NCBI GenBank assembly: GCA_038087875.1
Contig: JAXLNO010000546.1
Span: 1 to 64,000, forward strand
DNA length: 64,000 bases
Direction of reading: 5' to 3'
DNA from: Malacoraja senta
Taxonomy: Eukaryota
Shown here one piece after another: positions 23,311 through 35,647 of this stretch. The notes under the pieces are model-generated. The model did not search any database and had not been told where the DNA came from. It saw nothing but the letters and a program-made list of their open reading frames with translations. Each line of letters starts with the position of its first letter. Positions within the stretch are counted from its first letter, which is position 1. The translations under genes were made by a program, and so were the position numbers.

Positions 23311-23693
23311 ACCATCACATTCCCATCCTATCCCCAGTGCACTCCTCTTATATACATGAGTATATACATGATATACATGAGTGATTCCGTGAAGGAGAAG
23401 CCCCGCCAGTCCGCATGCGTCTCATTTCCGTCGCTCGCATGGAGAAGTACCGGACTGGCAGGCACGTCGCTCCTGCCAGCGGTACGTTTAAAATTACAGG
23501 TAAGTTTTATTTCATACCAGGTTGTGTTTTCTTGCAGGAACATCTTACAGAGGTTTCCTGCTGGATGCTGTAGCGGAGTCCGGACAGCCGTGGGGAAACG
23601 GGCTTTGGGCTGTGAGGAGACTCCGGTCCTGAACGCTGGTAGCAGGCGGACGTCGGACGGCGGACGTCGGGTTTGTTACTTCAGCCGCTGACA

Positions 23694-26074
23694 TAGAAAC
23701 ATAGAAACATAGAAAATAGGTGCAGAAGGAGGCCATTCGGCCCTTCGAGCCTGCACCGCCATTCAATATGATCATGGCTGATCATCCAACTCAGTATCCT
23801 GTACGTGTCTTCTCTCCATTCCCCCTGATCCCTTTAGCCACAAGGGCCACATCTAACTCCCTCTTAAATATAGCCAATGAACTGGCCTCAACTACCTTCT
23901 GTGGCAGCGAATTCCAGAGATTCACCAATCTCTCTGTGAAAAACGTTTTTTCTCATCTCGGTCCTAAAGGATTTCCCCCTAATCCTTAAACTGTGACCCC
24001 CTTGTTCTGGACTTCCCCAACATCGGGAACAACCTTCCTGCATCTAGCCTGTCCAAACCCTTAAGAATTTTGTAAGTTTCTATAAGATCCCCCCTCAATC
24101 TTCTAAATTCTAGCGAGTACAAGCCAAGTCTATCCAGTCTTTCTTCATATGAAAGTCCTGACATCCCAGGAATCAGTCTGGTGAACCTTCTCTGTACTCC
24201 TTCTATGGAAAGAATGTATTTCCTCCGATTTGGAGACCAAAACTGTACGCAATACGCCAGGTGTGGTCTCACCAAGACCCTGTACAACTGCAGTAGAACC
24301 TCCCTGCTGCTATACTCAAATCATTTTGCTATGAATGCTAACATACCATTCGCTTTCTTCACTGCCTGCTGTACCTGCATGCCTACTTTCAATGACTGGT
24401 GTACCATGACACTCAGGTCTCGTTGCATCTCCCCTTTTCCTAATCGGCCACCATTCAGGTAATAGTCTACTTTCCGGTTTTTGCCACCAAAATGGATAAC
24501 CTCACATTTATCCACATTATACTGCATCTGCCATGCATTTGCCCACTCACCCAGCCTATCCAAGTCACCTTGCAGCCTCCTAGCATACTCCTCACAGCTA
24601 ATACTGCCCCCCAGCTTCGTGTCATCCGCAAACTTGGAGATGTTGCATTCAATTCCCTCGTCCAAATCATTAATATATATTGTAAATAGCCGGGGTCCCA
24701 GAACTGAGCCTTCACGGTACCCCACTAGTCAGCGCCTGCCATTCTGAAAAGAACCCGTTTACTCCTACTCTTTGCTTCCTGTCTGCCACCCAGTTCTCTA
24801 TCCAAATCAATACTGAACATCCTATACCGTGTGCTTTAAGGTTGTATACTAATCTCTTACGTGGGACCTTGTCAAAAGCCTTCTGAGAGTCCAGATATAA
24901 CACATCCACTGGTTCTCCCTTATCCACTCTACTAGTTACATCGTCGAAAAATTCTATAAGATTCGTCAGACATGATTTACCTTTCATAAATCCATGATGA
25001 CTTTGTCCAATGATTTCTCCACTTTCCAAATGTGCTGCTATACCATCTTTAATAACTGACTCTAGCAGTTTCCCCAATACCGATGTTAGACTAACTGGTC
25101 TGTAATTTCCTGATTTCTCCCTCCCTCCCTTTTTAAAAAGTGTGGTTACATTAGCTACCCTCCAATCCTCAGGAACTACTCCAGAATCTAAAGAGTTTTG
25201 AAAAATTATCACTAATGCATCCACTATTTCTGGGGCTACTTCCTTAAGTACTCTGGGATGCAGCCTATCTGGCCCAGGGGATTTATCGGCCTTTAATCCA
25301 TTCAATTTACCTAACACCACTTCCCGGCTAACCTGGATTTCACTCAGTTCCTCCATCTCATTTGATCTCCGGTCCCCTGCTATTTCCGGCAGATTATTCA
25401 CGTCTTCCTTAGTGAAGACAGAACCAAAGTAGTTATTCAATTGGTCTGCCATTTCCTTGTTCCCCATGATCAATTCACCTGTTTCTGACTGCAAGGGACC
25501 TACATTTGTTTTAACTAATCTTTTTCTCTTCACATTTCTATAAAAATGTTGCAGTCAGTTTATAAGTTCCCTGCCAGTTTTCTTTCATAATCTATTTTCC
25601 CTTTCCTAATTAAGCCCTTTGTCCTCCTCTGACTGTCTCTGCATTTCTCCCAGTCCTCTGGTAGGCTGCTTTTTCTGGCTAATTTGTACGCTTCGTCTTT
25701 TGTTTAGATACTATCCATGATTTTCCTTGTTATCCACGGATGCACTACCTTCCCTGATTTATTCTTTTGCCAAACTGGGATGAACAATTGTTGTAGTTCA
25801 TCCATGCAGCCTTTAAATGCCTTCCATTGCATATCCACGTTGGGCGCCGTGTGAATGTGTGTGAATGTGTGTGAATGTGTGTGAATGTGTGTGAGTGATT
25901 GGTGGTGGTCGGAGGGGCCGTAGGCGCAGATTAGCAGCCACGCTTCCGTCAGTCTGCCCCAGGGCAACTGTGGCTACAGAAGTAGCTCACCACCACCGAG
26001 TGTGACTGAGGAGTGAATGAATAATGCGATGTAAAGCGCCTTGAGTATTAGAAAGGCGCTATATAAATCCCATC

Positions 26075-26107
<33 letters not shown>

Positions 26108-27381
26108 CCACCGTCAACCCTTTAAGAATCAATTGCCAGTCTATCTTGGCCAATTCACGTCTCATACCCTCAAAGTTACCTTTCTTTAAGTTCAGAACCC
26201 TTGTTTCTGAATGAATTATGTCACTCTCCATCCTAATGAAGAACTCAACCATGTTATGGTCACTCTTGCCCAAGTGGGCACGCACAACAAAACTGCTAAC
26301 TAACCCTTCCTCATTACTCAATACCCAGTCTAGAATAGCCTGCTCTCTCGTTGGTTCATCTACATGTTGGTTTTGAAAACTATCCCGCATACATTCCAAG
26401 AAATCCTCTTCCTCAGCACCCCTGCCAATTTGATTCACCCAATCTATATTAGATTGAAGTCACCCATTATAACTGTTTTACCTTTGTTGCACGCAGCTCT
26501 ACCCATATCGATGCCACATCCTCCAAGCTAATTTCCTTCCTTTCTATTGCGTTAATCTCCTCTCTAACCAGCAACGCTACCCCACCTCCTTTTCCTTTCT
26601 GTCTATCCCTCCTGAATATTGAATATCCCTGGATGTTCAGCTCCCAGCCTTGGTCACCCTGTAGCCATGTCTCCGTGATCCCAACTATATCATAGTCATT
26701 AATTGCTATCTGCACATTCAACTCATCTACCTTATTACGAATGCTCCTTGCATTGAGACACAAAGCCTTCAGGCTTGTTTTTACAAACTCTTACCCCTTA
26801 TACAATTATGTTGAAAAGTGGCCCTTTTTGATTTTTGCCCTGGATTTGTCTGCCTGCAACCTTTACTTTTCACCTTGCTACCTATTGCTGCTACCCTCAT
26901 TTTACACCCCTCTGTCTCTCTGCTCACACATTTAAGAAACCCTTTCCCTTTAAATCCATCCTCGGCTATCCCATTTGACATCCCACCCCCCTTATTCAGT
27001 TTAAAACCACCCGTGTAGCAGTGGCAACCCTGCCTGCCAGAATGCTGGTCCCCCACCTGTTAAGATGCAATCCGTCCCTTTTGTACAGTTCCCCCTTACT
27101 CCAAAACAGATCCCAGTGATCTAAGTATGTAAATCCCTGCCCCGTGCACCAGTTCCTCAGCCACACATTCAGGTCCCGTATCTCCCTGTTCCTGCTCTCG
27201 CCAGCACGAGGAAATGGAAGCAAACCGGAGATAACAACCCTGGAGGTCCTGCTTTTCAGCATTTTTCCGAGCTCTCTAAAGTCACGCTGCAGAATATGCA
27301 TCCACTTCTTTCCGACATCGTTTGTGCCGACATGCACTACCGCTTCCGGCTGGTCACCTTCGCCCTTGAGGATTTTCTGCA
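23694..27381 (-). mobile_element. CR1 LINE, near full ORF2 plus ORF1 esterase part, disrupted
   Basis: ORF1 VHVGTND..DGLHLN; EN CLNARS, ITETWL, SDHN; RT FADD; (tttctatg)n tail; ctgaca flanks at 23688-23693 and 27382-27387; empty site ~38156. Confidence 0.93.
25839..26104 (+). mobile_element. SINE/L2 3' fragment with (att)n tail inside CR1
   Basis: TSD tatccac (25832-25838, 26105-26111); tail gtaaagcgccttgag..gaaaggcgctatataaat(att)n; splits CR1 GLTVD|MQWKAF. Confidence 0.8.
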
Positions 27382-27839
27382 CTGACAAGGCGGTCAGCGG
27401 CTTCCAGATCGCTGTGGTTTCCGTGGAGGGGTAAATCCACGAGGAAGGCGGTATCAAGGGTGCCGATTGACAGCACCGTGGCTGGGAGGAAAAGCCATTA
27501 AAAAGTAAGGCCTGTGAATCGGGCCAGGAGGATTCCACTCCCACTAGAAGCGACGTCTGTGGACGTCTGTCAAAGATGGAGCACCTGATGGAAAGGATGC
27601 TCCATCATGACATGCTCCAGGAGGAGCATTATATCCGTGGGTCACCCCATGGGCCCGTGGCAGCAGCTTCTATTAAAGGGCTGCATAGGGAAGATCTGCT
27701 CCATGAAGAGGAGCCTTATATCCACGGGTCTTCTTGGGGACCCATGGCAGCAGCACCTGTAGAAGGGCTGCATAATGTCTCCCTCATGGAGGAGGTGAGC
27801 TTACCAGGGCAGTTTTGTTCTGACCCTGAGGTTAGAGGT

Positions 27840-28666
27840 CAAGTCAAGTCACATTTATTTATATAGCACATTTAAAAAACAAATCTCGTTGGTCAAAGTG
27901 CTTTACATTTGTCAAAAGAATAGTATAAACAAACAAACTACGTACATGTGTACAGTACATATAGCCCTCACTCAGAGGACGTCAAGAAAAGCTTGGGAGT
28001 ATAGATACGTTTTTAGTCTTGACTTCAAGGAGTCGATGGAGGGGGCAGTTCTGATGGGAAGGGGGATGCTGTTCGACAGTCTAGGAGCTGCAACCGGAAA
28101 GGCGCGGTCGCCCCTGAGCATATGCCTCGACCCTGAGGGACCTGGAGGTGGAGTGGTGAGTAAGAAGACGTTTAATGTAGGTGGGGGGAAGCCCAATGAA
28201 GGCTGTGCAGGCATAGAGGAGGATCTTGAAATGTATACGGAACCGCACAGGGAGCCAGGCCAGGATCTGGGTGATGTGGTCCCTTTTTCGGGAGCCCGTC
28301 AGGAGTCTCACTGCGGCGTTTTGGACCAGTTGCAGGCGGGACAGGGAAGATTGGCTGATGCCAGTGTAAAGGGAGTTGCAGTAATCTAGGCGGGAGGAGA
28401 TAAATATGTGGAAGATGTTTTCGAGGTCATCAAAGTGGAGGAATTGTTTTATTTTAGCTATCGTCCGAAGCTGAAAGAAGCTAGCTTTTACCACGGCATT
28501 GACCTGTTTATCAAATTTCAGTGCTGTCAAATATCACGCCAATGTTTTAGACGTGAGGTTTGAGTAGTGGGGTAAGGCTTCCAAGGCTGCCAGCTATCAT
28601 TTTGTTTGAGTTGGAGGGGCCGAGATGTATGACCTCAGATTTACTCTTGTTTAGTTGGTATTGTGC
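27840..28666 (-). mobile_element. 5'-truncated L2 LINE
   Basis: SSRLDYCNSL..LQLVQNAAVRLL..HIT..WLPV; (gactt)n tail; gaggt flanks; empty site ~38578. Confidence 0.9.
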
Positions 28667-29780
28667 GAGGTATTGCAGAGCATACCCCAAGGCATGAAAG
28701 ACAAGAATCAGGGGTGCCAGGCATGGCATCGAAATGCGCCATGGTAACTGTGACTGATGAGCCAATAAAAATAATATCAGGGCTGGCTGGAAAGAGCTCC
28801 TGATGGAGAAGATGCTCCAGCACGATATGCTCCAGCAAGAGGAGCTTTAAATCCGGGGGCCACCTTGGGGGCCCATGGCAGCAGCACCTGTTGAAGGGCT
28901 GTCTGGAAAGAGCTCCTGGTGGAGAGGATGCTCCATCACGATATGCTCCAGCAAGAGGAGCTTTATATCCGGGAGTCTCCTCGGGAGCCTCTGACAGCAG
29001 CGCCTATAGAAGGACTGCATGATGTCTCCCTCTTGCAGGAAGTGAGCACACGGAGACAGTATTGTTCTGACTCCGAGATCAGAGTTATAGCTGGTGAGCA
29101 TACTCCGAGGCAGGGGCCTGCGGAAGCACCTGTTCAGGGCTGTCTATGAATCTCCCTCTCTGTGGAGGGGATTGCGAGTGGTCAGTATAACTGACTTCAA
29201 ATTCTGAAGTATGTCTGTGGAACGTACTGGAACACATGCGTGTGGATTCAAGGGAGTCCTCGCAAACGAATGTGGGAGAATACCCGGAAGGGGCTAGAGT
29301 TCCCCTCATGCTATAAATGCCGTGAATGAACAAAGCTATTTTGGGTGACTTTAAAGTCAAGCCGCCGAATCTTCTCTTCAGGTAAGACCTATTCAACAGG
29401 TAAAACCTGGATAAGGAAGCAAATGCTGTCGGACCAATCGAGGTACCAACGACGAGCAAAGCTTCATCGTTGCGGCTACAACACACCCCACGCCTCCATT
29501 GGCAGTAAGCAGTTCATTGAAGTTGGTGGCAACATGAAAGCTGAACAGAGGTCTTCAAATCGTAGACCCAACTCGGGCTCAGGGAAAATATGGGACCATC
29601 TACAAGTTTGTAATATTTACACTTGTTTTTGTACGAATGATAATGATAACATGTGTTTAGGTTATGTGTTGTATGAAAGTAGCATTTTACTTCGGAGTCA
29701 CGTGAGTGACTACGTGAAGAAGCCCCGTCCAGCCGCACACGCGTCATTATCGATCAGACGCATAGCGTTCATGACCGTGT

Positions 29781-32700
29781 GTGGAGGAGCAGGAGCTCCT
29801 CCAGGCGGTGAGTAAAAGCAACGTAAGTAAAAAATGGGATAAGGTAAGTGCTTTCGTTTCCACTTGCAGGGCGCTTTTCTTCCCGCTCAGACGTGTTGGC
29901 AGAGTTCCACACAGCTTAGAAATGGAGAAAGGGCGTAGAGGAAGGAGAGGCCAGGGACGCACCGCAGGTAAAACCCCCGATGTTAAGGGTAGCGGGCGTC
30001 AGGAAGAGGAGGCAGTGGCATCGAAGCCATCTACTCCCGTTACGGTCGAAGGTGCCGTTAAACCGTCGGCGGCGGGGCGCAAGGCTGGACAAAAGTCGGC
30101 CCGACCTGTAGACTCAGAAGAGTCAGACCCGGAGGAATACCCTCCTGCAGCAAATGTTATGGCTGCAAGGGTCGCCAGCTTAGAGCTCCTAATGGGGAAA
30201 ATGATATATAAAGAACCCCCACAGCAGGAAGCAGGTCGGTGTTGGCCAATGGAAGATACAGCACAGGGTGTGCCTTGGTTGGGACAGGCACAAGGGTGGC
30301 CTACAGGAGAGCTATCAGAAATGACTGTGCAAAGTTATTACAGTGGTTGGCCTACCGAAGAGCCAGTGCCCGAAATGCCTGAAAAAAGGCAATATATGTG
30401 CTGGCCTACTGAAGAGCCAGTACTAGGAATGTCTCAAAAAAGACAGTACAAACTTACTTTTGTGCCAGCACCGAAAGTTCCTAAAGGGAAAATTATGAAG
30501 CGTTGGCCTAGAATGGAGCCAGCGCCAGCAGCACCTAGAACAGGGCTGCCTACCCGTGGGCCTATAGCAGAGCTTACGCAAGGAGATACTGGCATAGATT
30601 TACCTGAACTAGGGGATCCTGAAGTTACTCAACCTGAAGAGGAACATCTAGACTCAGAAGATGAATTCTATGAGGATGAGAGCCCGGTATCAGAGCTGAA
30701 AGTTCCTGGACTAGCACAAAAGTTTGCAGTCCCCAGAATAAAAGGGGAACATTTGAGAGATGAAATAGCAATGACTATCAATTATTTACTTTCCCATCAG
30801 CTCCAGGAAGTAACTATGGATGAGACTATGAAACAGTATGAGCCCCCGGTGAATTGTGAATTGCTCACAGTTCCAACAGTGAATAACTTAATATGGAGTT
30901 ATTTGAGCATTGGACTACGCTCGCAAGAATTGAAATTGCAACATGTACTGAAATTGCTGGGGTCAGGCATCACGGCATTTGCCAGAGGATTGGATGATGA
31001 GTTTGTATCAGATTCACAACAAGATGCTTTAGCACTGATGTGTGGTGCTCATTTTGAAATAAATTGTATTCGTAAAAATGCAATAAGGCCAACTATTCAT
31101 CCTAAGTATGCAGGACTCTGCAAACCAACCAACATACAAATGCCTAATCTACTGTTTGGAGAAAATCTATCAAAGAAACTAAAGGATTTGAATGAAGAGT
31201 CCAAAAACCTGGGTGGTATGATAATGCGACCACCAATGCTGAGCAGAGCAGTGCGAAGGCAGTATCCCTACAGGCGGAATGCTGGTGATGGAGAAGGAAC
31301 AAGCCGATCATTCTCATATACACGTTGGCGTGCTGCACCGGGGATGCGTGGAGGTTACAATGTGCCTACCAGAAGAGGACAACAATGGCCGGAGGCAAAC
31401 CCCGAGGTAGGGGGTCCTGGTCTGGTAAGGAATATAAATGTTTCACATTCACAAATAGGGGGAAGGTTAAAATTCTTCCTTAAAGAATGGCAGTTAATAA
31501 CAAATGATGCATTTATTCTAAACACCATTGTAGAATTCAAAATTGAGTTCTATTCACACTTGGATCCTCCAAGGCAGAAAAATTCAAGCTGGTCACGGAT
31601 TTTCTCAAAAGAAGAGAATACGTTGATCAAAGGAAAATTAGAAATTTTGACCAATAAAGGGGTAATAGAAAAGTCAGTGGAACAACACCATCAATTTGTA
31701 TCAAATATTTTTCGTAGAACAAAAAAGGATGGTGGATGTAGAATCATTTTGGATCTGACAAATCTTAACCTTTATGTACAATACAAACATTTCAAAATGG
31801 AAACATTTACTAATGCCATTGAGCTGATTATTAAAAATTATTACATGGCAAGCATAGATTGGAAAGATGCATATTACTCTGTGGCAATGCATGGTGATGA
31901 TCAAAGGTATTTGAAATTTAGATGGATGAGTCAGTTGTAGCAATTTAAAGCATTGCCCAATGGTCTGTCTTCAGCACCAAGATTATTCACTAAATTACTC
32001 AAACCAATTTTAGCTCTTCTAAGAGCTGAGGGCCATGTACTAATGGCTTATTTGGACGATATTTTGATTGTAGGGGACACTTTGGCTGCTGCAAAATTAT
32101 CAGTATCCAGGGTTAAGTTCATTTTTGAGAAAATGGGTTTCATTATTCACCTACAAAAATCAAAATTGTTACCAAGCAAGAAGATTGATTACCTAGGGTT
32201 CACAATCAACTCAGAACACATGGTAATCACTTTGCCAAAAGAGAAAAGGCTGCAGTTAATTGAAGGTTGCATCAAACTCATAAATGAGGACACACCTTCA
32301 ATTAGGGAAGTGGCAAGCTTGCTGGGCAAATTAATTGCTGCGTTTCCAGCTGTAACATTTGGACCATTGCATTATCAATGTTTACAGAGGGCTAAGGTAC
32401 AAGCCTTAAAAATAAATACAGGGCATTTTGGCCGGCCCATGAAATTAACACCTGAATCCATTACTGAAATAGAATGGTGGATTAACAAAGTCTCAGATGC
32501 TTCAAGAAAGGTTCTGGTAGAAATACCATCCGTCACTCTACAGAATGATGCGTGCTCTTGGTTGAGGTGCTACTAACATGATTTCCAGCTGTGGAGGTAG
32601 GTGGAATGTGAATTAAATACCTTTGCTGGAAAAACAGGGAATCAATTACCTAGAGCTATTAGGAGCATTTCATGGTCTTAAAGCTTATTGTACTAATATG

Positions 32701-33330
32701 AGAAGTGTGCATGTTCAGGTACGGGTTGGCAATACTACAGCTGTAGCATACATAAATCACATGGGGGGTATCAAATCAGAATCATGTGATAGATTGGCAA
32801 ATGAAGTTTAGACCTGGTGTATTGCAAGGAAAATTTGGCTGTCAGCAATATATTTACCAGGAAAATTTAACACAATTGCGGACAAAAGATCACGTACATT
32901 TAATGATAATACAGAATGGATGTTAAATCGGGAAATATTTACACAAATTATAACACAATTTGGAATGCCAGAGATTGATTTATTTGCATCAACACTAAAC
33001 CACCAATTCCCTAAGTATGTGTCATGGGAACCTGATCCTGGTGCAGTAGCGGTAGATGCTTTCTCGCTACATTGGGGTGGTATGTTTCTGTATGCTTTTC
33101 CACCATTTTGTTTAATCCACAAATGCATACAGAAAATTAAACAAGATTGAGCCTCAGGGATTTTGGTAGTACCAGATTGGCCTACACAGGTATGGTACCC
33201 ATTGGTGTTTAAAATGATTTAAAAAACCCTTATGGTTATTCCAAAGCAGATTAAACTGCTTGTAAACCCTGTGACTAATGAGTCACATCCTTTACATAAT
33301 CGTATTGGTTTGTTGATTTGCAGATTCTAA
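29781..33330 (+). pseudogene. DIRS-C gag + RT + RNase H + methyltransferase-like reading frame (stops/frameshift)
   Basis: ORFs 29781-31940, 31953-32576 (LPNGL, YLDD), 32623-32811 (INYLE), 32920-33150 (DLFAS, YAFPPF). Confidence 0.92.
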
Positions 33331-34308
33331 GAAGGCCATATCTTGGAAAAGGATTATCAGACCGTACGGTGGATGTTATGACAGCCTGGAGGAATAGTAC
33401 CCAGAAGCAGTACATTTCCTATATAAAGAAATGAGAGGGGTTTTGTTCAGCAAAGAATATTGCATATAACACAGTAGAAATTTCAGATGTAATAGAGTTT
33501 CTTTCAACTCTACACTATGAATTGAAATTAAGTTATAGTGCAATTAATACTGCACGGTGCACTCTCTGCATATTTAAGCAGTGAATCAGAACAAACTCCA
33601 ATTGGAGCACATCCTTGGGTCTGTAGGTTTATGAAAGGAATTTTCAACTCTAATCCCCCCAGACCCAGGTATACAGAAATTTGGAATGTAAAAGATGTAC
33701 TGATGTTCCTAAGGAGTTGGAATCCAGTTGAAACCCTGTCTTTATCCAAAATTACCATGAAATTGGTTATGCTCATGGCATTAATTTCAACGCAGAGAAT
33801 TCAAACATTACAGAAACTCAGAATTGATAGAATGAAAGTAGGGCAAAATGCCGTGACATTCTATGTCTATTATTTACTGAAGCAAAGTAGACCTGGGTCC
33901 ACAGGATGCAAGGTGGAATTTTTAGCAAATCCTACAGATTCACGACTGTGTGTAGTAACATATGTGAAATGTTACATAGCAACAACAAAAGTTTTAAGAG
34001 GCGCCGAATTGGCATTTTTTATTAGTCATAAAAAGCCTCATAAGAAAGTATCAACACAAACAATTTCACGATGGTTGAAACCGGTTTTGAGATATTCAGG
34101 TATTGATACTGATAAATTTAAATCTCATTCCACCAGGGCGCCATGAACATCAGCGGCCAGGGATTCAGACGTGCCAATAGACCTTATTCTCGCGGCCGCA
34201 GGATGGGCAAGTGAACAGATGTTTCCCAAGTATTACCACAAGGAGATTAAAGATCTCAGAGGGTTTGTTGATGCCGTGCTGGATACAGTATTAAATCCCC
34301 CATTATAA
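33330..34308 (+). pseudogene. DIRS-C tyrosine recombinase (disrupted)
   Basis: LMALISTQR, KQSRP, HSTR, then AGWAS..KYY after the stop at 34146. Confidence 0.9.
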
Positions 34309-35647
34309 ATGGGCCTAATTTTGTTACTTTTATTAAAATAAATAAAACCATTAACTGATTACATTCAAATGTTGTGGTTATGCATTGTTGATTGTGCTTA
34401 CTCAAATAGAGTCAATCGATGCAGTGAACACCTGGATTTGAATCCACGGTGTGAAATCACAGAGCTTTGAAATCTTCACGTGGTCACTCACGTGACTCCG
34501 AAGTAAAATAGTAAGATTAAACGAGAACTTACCAAGTTTGAAGTTTGATCTTTATTTTATGAGGAGTAACGTTGAGGGATTACGTGCCCTCCGCTCCCAC
34601 CCTCATAAAAAGATCAAGCTGGTAGTTCTAAGTCTTTATGCATCTTACTATCATACTTCAGTAATTATCGTCTGTGATTGTCACTCCGCTGCTTTGAAAG
34701 ATTGACGCGTGTGCGGCTGGACGGGGCTTCTTCACGTAATCCCTCAACGTTACTCCTCGTAAAATAAAGATCAAACTTCAAACTTGGTAAGTTCTCGTTA
34801 AATCTTACTATTCCCCTTGATAAGATGGAACGGGTCCTAGTGGCCTTACAAGACACAAATGTTTGTGGCTTCTAAACATGTAAAACTGCACAATACTTGG
34901 GTTCCAACCACAGAATTGGGCCAGATTTGTCTTTCCAGGCAAGCTCAGAATATGTCCAGAATTGTGTTTCGAGGCAGGCTCAGTATTATGGCCAGGATTG
35001 GCTTTCGGGGCAGGCTCGGAGATCGGGCCAGAGTTGTTGCTCGAGCAGGTATGGAATTCGCAGGCGTGGCCTGTTCATTGTGAAAAAGATGCAGAATGTC
35101 GTTTAACTCGCATTTGCAGTATAATTTTTTTCGAATAGGTAACTTCGCATCTGATTTCCTTAGGATGCTCCCATTTACAGAGATCACCGGAGACATTTTG
35201 AAATTTATCTGGATAAGGCAATGATAAAACATTGCAAAATGGGTTAACTTCATTTCCCAGGTTATTTACCAGATTACTGAAACCGACGTTTGGACTGCTC
35301 AATGCTCAAAAACATTTGTTATGTCTTTGCTGGAGGATATTCTAACGGTGTATGTTGTTAAAATCAACTGTTTCAGCCTCAAACTATATTTAAGAAAATG
35401 AAGGTGATACAAATTAGACTTGTTCATCATTGGGATTTACCTTTAGCCTGTGACTCCGCCCTGGGGTAAGAGATTGGAATAATAGGAGCCTCGAACAATC
35501 TTGTTGTGGTAAAACAGCCTTCTTTTCATTAAGTATAATTGGCAATATAGTGGCTGTGATTCAGCTGTGCAAGTGGGGGAACATACATCGTGCAAAGTAG
35601 TAATATCTCAAATGCTATGTAGGTCTTGTGACAGACCTTATGCTATT

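Larger units (their letters stand above)
29687..34812 (+). mobile_element. Full-length DIRS1 element (DIRS-C, ~5.1 kb)
   Basis: Left ITR from 29687, ICR 34473-34586, right ITR and extension 34703-34812; ATT at both ends; empty site at 39597-39599. Confidence 0.95.

Noticed and set aside
26996..27544. 182-aa esterase ORF as a host gene
   Set aside because: Chimera of flanking DIRS DNA and the CR1 ORF1 SGNH esterase domain.
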